Both the position numbers and the translations under genes were made by a program. A stretch of 64,000 nucleotides of DNA from Lama glama (lineage: Eukaryota), in contig CM052816.1 of the NCBI GenBank assembly GCA_028534125.1, positions 88,414,001 to 88,478,000 of the forward strand, written 5' to 3'. The notes below the pieces were generated by a model that saw only the letters and a program-made list of their open reading frames with translations, ran no database searches and was not told the DNA's origin. The stretch's first letter is position 1. Each line of letters starts with the position of its first letter. Of the stretch, positions 1 to 12,339 are shown in pieces.

Positions 1-1239
1 CTATCTTATTTTGATCTGAGATGTAGCCTCTCTAAGCTAATATTTACATCTTTATAATAAAGATCACAATTCCTTTCCCTATGTCTACTTTAATTAATTT
101 AAGATTGTTGTTAAATACAATTATGTTTCCAAATATAATCAATCACTCAGATTATAAAATAAAACGCGTTTTCTCAAAATGAAGAGATGGGTATATGATT
201 TCATTGATTTCAGTAAATTGTCATGTTTAAATCCTTCTAGCTTAAATACGTAGGGTTCTGTTAATTATTTTTATAGCTTTAGTTGATAACTTGTACTTTT
301 TATCCTTTATTTGAAATGACTTCATTTCATGTTCTCCCCATAATCATCACTGTTTCTGGCAGAGCTGCTGGCAGAAAACATCATCCTTCAACTCTCAGCT
401 ATCGTCCTGGGGTGGGAATTGGGGTGGTGATGGGGGCAGAGGACAGAGGAAGAGGCCAGCTGTTTACGATACTTGCAAATGTTTCTACTTTATAACCATC
501 AAGGACTTAATAAAATGTTGATTTTTTTCCTTTCTCTATTCATTTGTAAATGGTGCAAAACAAACAAACCAAACAAACCAACAAAACAAAACCCTTACAG
601 AAGCAAACAAAAGCAGTCAAACAACTAAGTTAGGTTCTGCCAGAGAAAGTAGCATTCAAATGACAATTTAGTAAGACATTCATGGCAGCTAATTCAACCT
701 TTCATCTGAAGATTAAACACTACGGCACTGTTTCCAGCACCTGTGGCAGATGGTCAGTGAAGAGGAAACTGTCCTGGTCAGCACATCTCCATCTTTAAAT
801 CCCCACACACAAGTCACAGATGGCAGTGGGAGTTCATCTCAGTGCAGCAAGGGCTCTGAAAACAGACCTCCGTCCACCCGAGAGATGCTGTTACAGAGAT
901 GCCTGCCGTGTCTGTAAGTGAACCAAAATCCAAACCCTGCCCTGGGATGATAACACTGAACAAAGAACAGCACAGATTCTAAAACTGGAGATCTTCAGAG
1001 CGAGGAGTTATATACATACAGTGAATTAAAGTCTCTAGTCCAACATATATAAAAATCACCACGAAGACCAAAATAATTGCTATTTTCGTCAATTTCATTT
1101 CCTTCTCTTTGAATCTAGTAGCAAGAAATCTGACACATATAAAAGGAAATAAAACCTCTCTTACACTGCCCTCCTCCAAACTCCCTTATTATTAATTAGA
1201 GCTTATACAGAAAGGAACTGTCCTGCAAATATGTTTAAT

Positions 1240-1490
1240 TTGGTTGGCCAACACATATTAGAATCGGCTACTGACATATAAAATTTATGAACTATCCATC
1301 TGCAAATCTCTTCGGCTTGCTTACCTTATAAAAAAATAAAGACCGTTCCACTTAACAAGCTGGATCGGCTGGCCGTGACCCCAGTGGAGACGTGTGCCTT
1401 CTCTAGTTTGCCACGATGCCGGAAATGTCCTGTTGACTTAACGCCTGGGCTGCATCACTCATGAATGTCACCTGCCTGGTCTCTAGTTCA
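1240..1490. mobile_element. hAT-Charlie (MER102-like) DNA transposon remnant
   Basis: Segments such as ctctagtttgccac and cacctgcctgg resemble recalled MER102/Charlie consensus; boundaries approximate. Confidence 0.45.
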
Positions 1491-1504
1491 GTACATCTGA
1501 AATA

Positions 1505-1692
1505 CTTGTTCCCCAGCTTTAATGGGAATCAGATCACCTGCAGGGCTTGCTGAAATGGACTGCTGTTATCCCATCCCCAGAGTCTCTGTTTCAGCAGAGC
1601 TTTGGGGCTCAAAAATGTGCATTTCTAAAAAGTTTCCAGGTCATGCTGATGATGCTGGTCTGGAGTTCACCCCTGGAGAACTCTGCCTCTGG
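1505..1692. mobile_element. MER5A MITE (hAT-Charlie)
   Basis: atcacctgcagggcttg...tgcatttctaaaaagtttccaggtcatgctgatgatgctggtc...gagaactctg follows MER5A along its length. Confidence 0.85.
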
Positions 1693-1795
1693 CACAGAAT
1701 TGAATCAACGAGTATGTTTAGTATGTTCTTAGTCCAGTATCATGTTCATAGGAGAAGGAAACCCCCCTCAAGTAACTTCACCTCCACTAGTGAGT

Positions 1796-2653
1796 TCAGT
1801 ACTTTGCTAGGGCTTTCCTAACAGAATGCCACAGAGTCGCTTAAAGAACAGAAACTTATTTTTTCACAGTTTTGGAAACTGGAAGTGAAAGATCAAGATG
1901 CCAGCAGGTTTGGGCTCTTTGAAGCCTCTCTCCTTGGCTTGCAGATGGCAGCCCTCTTGTCTCTTCCCACGGTCTACCCTGGATGTACACCTCCTGGTGC
2001 CTTTCTCTTGTTTTAGGACACCAGTCATACTGGGATTGGGCCCCACATCAATGGCTTCATTTTAACTTAATTCCCTCTTTAAAGACCTGATCTCCAAATA
2101 GGGTTACTGTAATAGTCAGGGTTCTCCAGATAAGCCAAACCAACAGGCTTATATGTATAAATATAAATTTACAGAAGAGGTAATGAAGGAGGATTGGCTT
2201 ATCGTGATTATGGAGGCTGAGAAGCCCCATGAGCTGCCGTCTACGAGCTTGACCCAGGAACACTGGTGTATAATTTAGTCTGAGTTTGAAGGCACAACAC
2301 CCAGGAGCACTGACGTTGAAGGCGGAAGAAGACTGGTCTCCCCGCTCGTACAGAGAGCAAAGGCACCTTTCCTCCACCTTCTTGCTCTGTTCAGGCCCTC
2401 GGTGGACTGGATGGTGCCTGCATGTGTTGGTGAGATGACGATCATTAGTCACCTCACCGATCCAAGTGCTGATCTCCTCTGGACATAGGCACACACAGAC
2501 ACACTCAGAGATCATGTTTTACCAGCCTTGGGAGCGTCTCTTAGCCTAGTCAAGTTGACAAGCAAAACGGACCATCCCAGTTACGTTTTGAGGTACCAGG
2601 GGTTAGGAGTTCAATACATCAATTTTGGGAAGGCACAATTCTGCCCATAACCA
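1796..2653 (-). mobile_element. MaLR solo LTR (MLT1B/MLT1A0-like), interrupted by an MLT2 LTR
   Basis: gaagcctctctccttggcttgcagatggc, ttaaagacctgatctccaaata and gaggtaccaggggttagga...cacaattctgcccataac are typical MLT1 segments; the two halves join across 2108-2579. Confidence 0.85.
2108..2579 (-). mobile_element. ERV-L solo LTR (MLT2 family)
   Basis: TG...CA ends; tgtaatagtcagggttctccaga and agcctagtcaagttgaca are MLT2 termini; flanked by the direct repeat GTTAC (2103-2107, 2580-2584). Confidence 0.9.
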
Positions 2654-3227
2654 TGAGGTAAAACAAATCTCAGAAAGTAGAGACTTAAAACTATAAAAAC
2701 TGACTTTTCAAACAAACATTAAGCTTGCTTAGCCACATTCTCTGAGGAACTGGAAATTCAATCTAGGCATCTGTCTAGCATTTGAAAAACACTATCACAG
2801 GCTACCAGTTAATGTTGCTGAATCCTGTGGTTAGATTCCCTTCTAGGATATCCTGTCCCTCTTCTCTGTCTGGAACCATTCATATCCGTGTGGTGTATTG
2901 GTGGGTTTTAAATTGGCCCAGCTGCTCTTAATGAAATAGTCTTCCAAAATTCCCTAACGCAGATAAATATAACGTACAAATCAGGGTACATTCTACCATC
3001 CATATGTCTCTATCACTGATTTTTGGCAAACGTGTTTAAAAACTTAAAAAATGCAGTCATGTATCTTTTTCTCTCTCCTCCTCCCTCTACTCTGCTTCCT
3101 TTTCTCTCCTTCCTTTCCCTCATTTCTCTTTCTTACTTTCTCTCTCTCTGTGTACATATAATATAACTTTTGCTTATTTATTTTTTTCTAATCAAAAATA
3201 TAACTCCCACGTGAGTATTTTTCCAGT

Positions 3228-3435
3228 ACAGCAGAGGAGTTAAAGAGCATGAATGCTGTGAAGCAACAGAATTCTAACCACAGGATTAGAATTCTACATA
3301 TCCTCTTAGAAGCAGTATAATCTTGATGATAAATAGTCCTACCTCCTATAGGGTTGTAAGGATTAAATGAGTCATTGTAATTAAAGTCCTTAGAAGTTTC
3401 CTGTTACATAGCAATCACTATGTAAATAAGAGGTG
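3228..3435 (+). mobile_element. MIR SINE
   Basis: Core atagtcctacctcctatagggttgtaaggattaaatgag and MIR-like 3' end. Confidence 0.75.

Positions 3436-3437
<2 letters not shown>

Positions 3438-3476
<39 letters not shown>
3438..3476. repeat. (ATT)13 microsatellite at the MIR tail
   Basis: Perfect ATT run read directly. Confidence 0.95.
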
Positions 3477-3486
<10 letters not shown>

Positions 3487-4534
3487 ATATCAATACACAT
3501 TTATCTATATATACTTTAATAGATGACCAGCATTTCATAATATGGATATACCCTACTTTATTTAACTAATTATCAATAGTTTCATTGCTATATTGAAGAT
3601 TTTGCAAACATATAAAGCCTTTATGACGTGTAAAGATAAAGAGCTTTGCACAATGATCCTATTATGTTCTTATTTAAATTCTTAGACATGGTAAATCTTG
3701 ATAAAAAATGCATATTACAATTTCTAGTCCGTCACCACACTGTTATATAAATAGATTATGACAATTTTCAATCTCAGCAAGAAAAAATTAATAATAAACT
3801 ACTTTACTTAGAGAGGATTTTTTTTTAGTTTTATATCATATGATAAATATATGCATTATGTCAATAGGCCCTCTAAATAATCTATAAATACAAACACATA
3901 CAAATACACAATCATATATATTTTTTTAAATTATAGGTTAAATACCAGAGTTAGCAGTTTGTATAATAATTGTTTTAGGTATTTTACAAGAGAATTTGTT
4001 GTGAGCTATATTAAAAAATGTAGAAAAAAAGAGAATATATTGATGCCTCTTTTAAAATACAATAAATATAGAAGAAAGACTAATTCATTCAATTTTATAA
4101 CAAAAATATACCATGTCAACTCTAAGAAAACAACAGTGTGTAAACAAATACAAAAATACAACCAGGCATTACTAAGCTCTACACATTGTGACAGGGAGAG
4201 ACTGGCTTCTAACTGAACTCCAACCTAATACAGGGATGTAACTTTGTATTCCAATCAAATAGAGGTCTAGGGAAGCATATGCTGAAATGCCAAATCAAAT
4301 CATTTGGATAATAAATACTGTATTAAAAAAGGAAAATATTACAAATTAGAGATCTTGAAGATAATCTAAGTAAGAAAGCAAAACTTGAAGGATATGTAGG
4401 CTTAGGGTAGATATGGGCATAGGGTTAGGGTAGATAGGTAGATATGGATAATATAACTGAAAAAACTGTATTCCCCATGGAAATCAGTTCTTCAAATACA
4501 TATAAGTTATTAGAATTGGTATATATTTTCTCTT

Positions 4535-4680
4535 CTAACAACTCTGCAGGGTGGTTATTATTATTCCATCTCATGGAAAGAAACTAAATTTCAGTGACGT
4601 TAAATGGCTTTTTCCATTCACAGAACTATGAACTTTTAGACCTGGAATTCATATATCTTTCCTGATACAAAAACCATAAC
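4535..4680 (-). mobile_element. MIR SINE fragment
   Basis: acaactctgcagggtggttattattattccatctcatggaaagaaactaaatttcagtgacgttaaatggct matches the reverse MIR core. Confidence 0.6.
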
Positions 4681-5509
4681 ATGAGAATTGAGACTTAGGA
4701 TCCAAGGCATCTGAGTCTGTGACTAAAGTGGCATATAGCTCAGGGATATATATTAAATTCGATGGCAGTGGCGATGGAGGAGAAGAGAAATGTACATGAA
4801 ATGTGACAGTCCATGCAGCTTGGCTATTTGTTCACACAGAACTCTGTTACATCATAGAGAGTAACCATTTATTTGTTTAGCCCAAATAGAAAATTAAACA
4901 ATCAAACAAACAAGAAAATTCTACAAGTCTTTTTTAATTCTTCTCATTGATAACTCTTCATACATTCCATCAGTAAGTCTTTCATATTCTATTTCCAAAA
5001 CAGAGGCTTCCCTCATCATATGAGTCAAAAACATCTTTGACAAAGTTGAATAGAAGCCACATTTGGAGTTGTGAGGGTTTATGTTCTATTTCATCATTTT
5101 CAAAGAGGAAAATATTAATGCAATGCCAGCTTATCCAAAGACCCCATCTGATTTTACTAACAAAACATCCTAAAATAGCCATGCAATGATTATTCTATAA
5201 TAAATATTTAACAGTCTTCCTTTCTTTTGTGCATTCATAATAGATTGGAATCTGTCCACTTCCAAGCTTAGATTTTTAGGTTTAACCTGTTTCCCTGCAT
5301 TTTACCCTGTCAAACGTGCTCCTGAAGTATGAACCTTTCTATAGCTCTTAGTCTCATTTTCTTCACTGATTTTGGCAAGTGTTAAAAGATATTTTTAAAT
5401 TTATTAATGAACAACATATTTTAAGAACCAAGCATAAGACTGATTCCAATGGGGAAGACAGTTGTTCTATGCATGCAGAGCAGTCCCCCTACTGTGCCCC
5501 AAAGATGTG

Positions 5510-6040
5510 CACAACTTGATGTTTTGATGCCCATAGACTGGAGGGCATAAGCAACATAAATTTATTTTCTCTTAGTTCTGCATGCTGGAAGTCTGAGATC
5601 AGGGTGCTGGCATGGTTGGTGTATGGTGAGAGCCCTCTTCCTGGCTTTTGTAGATGGCCACCTCTTCACTGTGAGGACACATGGCCCTTCTTCTGTGTAC
5701 CGGTTGAGAGAGAGCAAGCACATGTCTCTATTCTTCTTGTGAGGACTCCAAACCTTTCAGATTAGGGCTCCACCCTTATAACTTCAGTTAACCTTAATAC
5801 CTCCACAAAGGGACTATCTCCAAATGCAGTCATCCTGGGAGTTAAGGATTCAAAATACAAACTTTGGGAGACCCAAACATTTTGTCTATTACTTTTTGCT
5901 CCTGGCTCAGCAAAACTCATCTCCTTCTCACATGCAAAATGCATTCATTTCAGCTCATCAGCCCCCAACGTCTAGCTCATTTCAGCGTTAACTCTTTAAA
6001 CTCTGAAGTCTCATCTAAATGTCATCTAAATCAGACAGGC
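5510..6040 (-). mobile_element. MaLR LTR (MLT1A-like) with adjoining internal sequence
   Basis: gctggaagtctgagatcagggtgctggcatggttgg...tatctccaaatgcagtca (LTR), then ctcacatgcaaaatgcattcatt...tctcatctaaat (MLT1-int-like, from about 5890). Confidence 0.8.
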
Positions 6041-6163
6041 AAGAGGCTCAAGTCTCTTCCTCTTTAAATACACACACTTATGTTTTAAACTCACCAGTAA
6101 AAAGTGAACCCCAGAAACCCTGGGCCCCCATCCTTAATGCCAGTGGAATCCTTTCTCTCTCTC

Positions 6164-6663
6164 NNNNNNNNNNNNNNNNNNNNNNNNNNNNNNNNNNNNN
6201 NNNNNNNNNNNNNNNNNNNNNNNNNNNNNNNNNNNNNNNNNNNNNNNNNNNNNNNNNNNNNNNNNNNNNNNNNNNNNNNNNNNNNNNNNNNNNNNNNNNN
6301 NNNNNNNNNNNNNNNNNNNNNNNNNNNNNNNNNNNNNNNNNNNNNNNNNNNNNNNNNNNNNNNNNNNNNNNNNNNNNNNNNNNNNNNNNNNNNNNNNNNN
6401 NNNNNNNNNNNNNNNNNNNNNNNNNNNNNNNNNNNNNNNNNNNNNNNNNNNNNNNNNNNNNNNNNNNNNNNNNNNNNNNNNNNNNNNNNNNNNNNNNNNN
6501 NNNNNNNNNNNNNNNNNNNNNNNNNNNNNNNNNNNNNNNNNNNNNNNNNNNNNNNNNNNNNNNNNNNNNNNNNNNNNNNNNNNNNNNNNNNNNNNNNNNN
6601 NNNNNNNNNNNNNNNNNNNNNNNNNNNNNNNNNNNNNNNNNNNNNNNNNNNNNNNNNNNNNNN
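6164..6663. other. Assembly gap, exactly 500 N
   Basis: N run. Confidence 1.
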
Positions 6664-7072
6664 AAAATTGACCCTTATTGGGATTTGGAGCTTTGCCATT
6701 CCCTTTTTACCTGAAATGTTCCAATATAAAAATGTGAGTATTGAATTGATGGGAAGAGTGGTGCCAGAGCCTTACTTTAGAGCACATCAGAATCACCATG
6801 TAAACAAAAAAAAATAATGAGATTCGTGATCTATACCCAGAGCAATTCTATACAAGATTTGAGATATGGTAAAACTCAGAATAATAAATAAAAATGAGGT
6901 TTCTGCTTCATCCAATGTTCAGAACTGATGACAGATTTGTGATACACTTATTTGACTCATTCGGTGGTCCTTTCTTCAGCTCAATATCCTATCTGACATT
7001 TGGCATTCTATATAAGGAAAAAAGGATCATACAAATGACCAATGGAGTATTTATTCTGTCTACATTTATATA

Positions 7073-7510
7073 TAGATGGTCCCTGACTTAACGATAGTTT
7101 GACTTAACGATTTTGCAACTTTACGATGGTGTGAAAGCAACACACATTCAGTGGAAGCTATACTTTAACTTTTGAATTTTGATCTTTTCCTGGGCTAGTA
7201 ACACATGGTATACAGTACTCTCTGGCGGTGCTGGGCAGTGGCAGTGAGTGGCAGCTCCTGGTCAGCCATGCCATCCCGACGGTAAACAACCAATACTCTT
7301 GATACACTTAAAACCATTCTGTATCCATACAACCATTTTGTTTCTCACTATCTAGTTTCAGCACTAAATGCATCCTACATTTAAGTTTGTCTAGGATAAG
7401 CTATGATATTTGGTAGGTTAAGTGTATTAAATGCATTTCTGTTTACCAATATTTTCAACTTACATCGGATTTATCAGAATGTAACTGTGTAGTAAGTTGA
7501 GGAAAATCTA
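7073..7510 (-). mobile_element. Tigger4/Zombi-type MITE (TcMar-Tigger)
   Basis: Degenerate TIRs (tagatggtccctgacttaacgat ... agtaagttgaggaaaatcta), TA on both flanks, internal aggttaagtgtattaaatgcattt. Confidence 0.85.
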
Positions 7511-8479
7511 TATATAATTCCTTTCTTCCTCATATTAGAAATGATGTTCCTACTTATAATGTCTAATTTTTTCCTTGTTGTTTATTTTGCACTTGAATTA
7601 TATAATTGGGAATGTAGTGATAATAATAAGTAGAAAAAATACCAATATTATTTTTTATTAATAGGTATATGGCACTAATAATGATTAGAATTTCATGTAT
7701 TAATTCAGGAATTATTTGTTGAACACTTATGGGTTAAATATTGCAATTGATGCTAGGAAAACAAAGTCAAGTAAAATGTGAACCATATCCTTAAGAATCT
7801 TAAATTTTATTAAAACAGAATTCCATTTATGTGTAGCAGGTAATATTGAAATATTCAATGCCAATACTGTTGGAGCAAAATGCAGGATAGAATTAGGAGA
7901 GAGGGATGAGGTATCTAAAGCAGGGAAATCATGTGCTTAGACATAAAAGTCATACAACTAGTACAATAAAGATTGGCAACCACTTCTTCTGAATCTAAAT
8001 CCAAGTTCTCATCTATTTATTCCTATGGATTTAGGAGTTTGTTGTTTATGTGATAAAGCCAGAGAAACGTAGTTGAAGTGGCAAAGGAGAAAGAAATCCT
8101 CAAAGAACATTCTACAGATAAGAAACAAGGCTTTGTGATCTGTAGAGATGATGACAGGGAGGAAAGAGAAAAAAAATCAGTCTGAAGAACTCAGATAATG
8201 AGGGAAATCTCTTTTCACATCTAAACTTGGGTGGGGGATTGGATATTGGGGAGAAACTATTTCTTGCCTTGAAAATAAAAATAAAGCCCAGTTGATCATT
8301 TACAGCTATTTTCCCCTAAATATACCAATCAGAGAAGATGCTGCCCCTTCTCAGGAGCAGAGAGAGGCTTAGGGGCATAATTAGAGAAAATTCTCCATAA
8401 GCCAGGCTATGTCCAATTTTGCTGTGATATTTTTGACTTTTTTTTTATCACTCTTGTCTACAAGAAAGAGAACATTCAC

Positions 8480-8990
8480 CTAAAATGTGTTTGTCATTAA
8501 GTTGTTGATTATCTCACTAAATAAAAGTTCTGGAGGAAGGTGGTTAATTCAAGGAGGAGTATTTAATTCAATAGTTGAGCAATGGAAGAATTTAAATTCC
8601 TTTGAGTCTCTTGGGTGGCCTCTCTTGGGTTAACATTGTTCCAAGAGACCTGCCACTGTTCCAAGTTTTCACATGACAGTATCCATTACCCCTAAGTAAT
8701 TAAGTGGTCTTTTAGGTTTCTGTACTTTTACTTAAATATGTTAGTATAATCTTTCCCAGAAGCCTCACACCAGATGTCTTCTAAGGGCTCAGTGGTTAGA
8801 ATTTGGTCATCTTCCCAACCCTAAGATAAACACAGATAAAGGGCAGGGGTGGAATTAAACTCTGAAAACCATCAGGGTTTATCCCCTGGAGCTGCTGGAG
8901 GAAACCATCATTCCTGGGCTCATTGTTGCTTTTTGTACATCTGAAAATGGGGGAAAAATCAGAGATATTTTGACGAGGAAGTTAAGAGAT
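8480..8990 (-). mobile_element. Old MaLR LTR (MLT1K/L-like)
   Basis: ctttcccagaagcctc...agtggttagaatttggtcat...cccaaccctaag resemble MLT1K; heavily diverged. Confidence 0.5.
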
Positions 8991-11900
8991 TAAATCATGC
9001 TTATCAAACCATCTTTCCCTCCTCCTCATCTCCCCTGCTCATTTGCCTTCTTATAATGGAGATTTAAGTTATTGGCATAAATATCATATTACTAATTTAT
9101 GGATAGAGTGAGATGCTGAAGTCCACAAATATTGTTTCATGTAAATGCAAAACATTCATATAGTTCAAGGTTAGATTATGTTGACTTATACTAACATAAA
9201 TGAAAACTGAAACATAATCACAATCAATTTAACCAATTAATCAAATAGAATCTCTTAGAAAAGTAATGGTATCTACAACATTTGAACTATTTGATCATAC
9301 TATCTTTTATGAACACAGTATTTCTCTTTTTCTTTCAGTCATGTAAAATGAGCACCTAATATAAAATAAAAGCTTAGTTGCATTGTATCAAAATAAAGAT
9401 CTACATTCTGTATTTTGTACATAAGAAACTAGAAACAATTCTCACACACATTATGGTACAATGAGACATAGCTAAGTTATTAATTAACACGATAATACAT
9501 TATGACTGTAATGCTTGACCAAGGAATGATACAGAAACTGGCTTCAACCTTCAAGTGTAAATTCTAAAGATATAATAATCGCCTTTCATTTAAAAAAAAA
9601 ATCTTTTGCAGGATGTATTTAATTTAATTGCTATGCTTTAAATAGGATGTTGCAAATGTTCAGAATACCATGTGGTTAGGTGATTATCACAGTTCTGTGG
9701 TTCTTAATTACCCATATGAAGGCCAAATGAATCAGTACTCAAATGGGGGCAATTATCACATTTATAGAAGAACATGACTCTCTGGATGGAGTTTTCTGCA
9801 AGCCTCATTTGCTGTTACAAAGTCAGTAGTAGAGCATTTCAATACAAATGAGAATTGCACGATGCAGTGTAAACTAAATGTCATCAGTTTGGGGGATGGA
9901 GAAAATACGGTGGAGAGTCACAATTTTTCAAAGTTTATTTTGGCAAAATTCTGGATACAGAAAATGTGAAACTTGAAATCAAAATAAAAGCAATTTCAGA
10001 CTGAATGGCTTACTTGCGGGAACTGAAACTCCTAGTGTTGGAAAGTCCAGCTAAGATATATCATTTCATTAAGGCACAAGGAGAGAAGGGAAGTTCAGAG
10101 GGCTGCCAACTGTAAATTGCCGTTTTTGTTGCCTAGCTATATTGAATATACAGATATTGGGAAGATTTTCTGTCTGGAGCAGCTGTAAAAATGCAGCCCG
10201 CATGTCCCAGATGTCCCACTGAATATTGGCATATGTGCCTGCAGTCAGAAAGCAAAGAAAAACATAGACTTTTTCTTCTAATTATTATGCTTTGCTATTA
10301 ATCAAGAGTAATGACTCTCAGCAGCACTGTTTTAGTAAAGTTATAAAGATTAGAAATATAATTGACTCATTGATGCCTTGAATGTCCAAAAACTTCTCAT
10401 GAGTCACTATATTAAATGTCTAATTATAGGCAATGATCATTCTTTTCTTGTGACGTGTCTCAACAGTGGTTCGGACTGTAAAAGCAAACAAAAGGACTGG
10501 GGATAGCTGTAAGACTCATGTTCTCTTTTCCTATGGAGCAGATGAACTTTGCTAAATAATCACTGGTACCAGATGCTGTTTGATTAAACTTATGCTATGA
10601 GAAGACCTCAAATAATATCTACATGTCAGTGACTCTTAATGAAACGGCTACTTCCCTCTATAATACCAGGAAAAAAATGTCCAAGCTCAAACACACAAAC
10701 ACACACAGACACATACACACACACATTCCACTATCCACCACCACGAACAAGTACTAGAAAGGAAAAATATATTTAAATATAAATATGTAAATGAATAAAT
10801 AAGTATATGTGTGTGTATAAATATATACACACAGATGAATACCTGTCAATGAACATACAAACCTTTGAGAAAGCTAGAGATATGTCAGGGCACCAAAGAA
10901 AGCAAGATGCAAAGGGGATTGAGGTTCTTAAAACAGTAAAACCATTTAGATTTTATGTCATCTAAGGTCTGAATTTTTGTCAAACCACCTAAACTTATAT
11001 TCTCCCCTCTACCATCTTCTCATATCTAGATCTCGTTCACCTTTTCTTTTTAATTACACCAAAATAGGATTATACAATCACAATTTCTTTGTAATGACCC
11101 CCTTTTTTTTTGTGGCAGACGTAGCCAGTCAAGGGTTGATTGAATCCAACTCCATTGCCAGAGGGTTTGTGATTCCAATAGTTTTGCACAACTCACCCAA
11201 CTGTAGTAAAGCACTGATAATCTCCACAGGAAAAGTACGGAAAAGTATGCTGAGACATTCAGAATTAAGCATGTTTACTGATTTAAGTACTGTCTTTATA
11301 GGATTAAAACCCAAAGAAGCACTATTGTTGTACGTATCTCTTATAATAACTATGACATATCACTAACAGAAATAATTCGTCCATTAAATGAAATGGGTTT
11401 TATAGGAAGTGAATTTAATAACTGATTTTTATTATTGCTTCCTTCCCAATTTGTTCATTTTACACTTTTGGATGAAACAGAAAACAGGAACCTTAACTTT
11501 ATCAGTTATTTGCAATGATTACATAAATGTTCCATTTGTTTTGGTTTTGAACAAGTTAATACTAGTCTGGAACAAGAAATCCAGTTCACTCCTTGTAAAT
11601 ATTGAATATTTAAAACTCTGTCCAACTTAGGCCTGACCCAGTTTTGTAAGCTTGTGGGAGGGAGCAGGATGTAAAGAAGTGGGTACAATCTAATGTGACT
11701 TGTTTTCGAGTAATTGGGACAGCCAGTTCTGGCACTTGAACAGGTTCCTTGAAAAGGCACGCAAGGATATCCTTCGACACAGTTCTGTTGGTTCTAGTGA
11801 TGCTTCAGGCTAGCCCCTGAGGTCTTTCCTCCTTAGTCCTCATGGTTCTTGCAGTCCCCTCTGACAGCTGGGTTACATCCTGATACTAAGTTCATCTCTC

Positions 11901-12339
11901 ACTCCCAATCTCTCTCTTTTCTCTCAGTAATCATATTAGCAATCAGGCATGGTTTCCCTGCATCCACTAATCTCCAGAGCACCCACATCAGCCTCCCCAA
12001 ATAGTCTTTTTGGGCACCTCACCCCTGACTTAAACTGCAATATTAGGGATCCATTCCCATTTTGCTCACCTCTAAGGACTGGAGAGTAATGCAAACACAC
12101 TGAAAATCTCTGCCACAAAAATCCTCTTCTTAGCGTCTTTAATCCCAAGTCTAATTTGGTTCATGGAGGTGACAGACTAATGCTGGCCAGACCAACTCCA
12201 CAAAGACCAATGCATCTTGATAAGCTGGTTTAGCACCAGGCTTTAAGACTCTGGATTCTTAGTACCAACCCAACTGTCCTCCCACTTTGGGACCGCGGCC
12301 TAATGAGGCTTTAATTAACATATTTTACATTAAACTGGT

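Noticed and set aside
1040..1104. EMKLTK followed by hydrophobic residues recalls the OPN5/opsin loop 3-TM6 region
   Set aside because: No W-x-P TM6 motif and no other opsin-like exons; a six-residue match from memory is not evidence
2057..2515. 152-aa ORF
   Set aside because: Lies almost wholly within the MLT2 LTR and has no protein features
3268..3295. 10-bp inverted repeat AGAATTCTAA/TTAGAATTCT (heat-shock-element-like)
   Set aside because: Inside a decayed MIR; only two nGAAn units per arm; no supporting context
4400..4450. Two TTAGGG hexamers, possible interstitial telomere
   Set aside because: Not tandem; part of a degenerate (GGTAGATA)-like low-complexity tract
6019..6817. Long ORFs of 200-237 aa in the ORF track (also 45318-45959)
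   Set aside because: They read through N gaps and are artefacts
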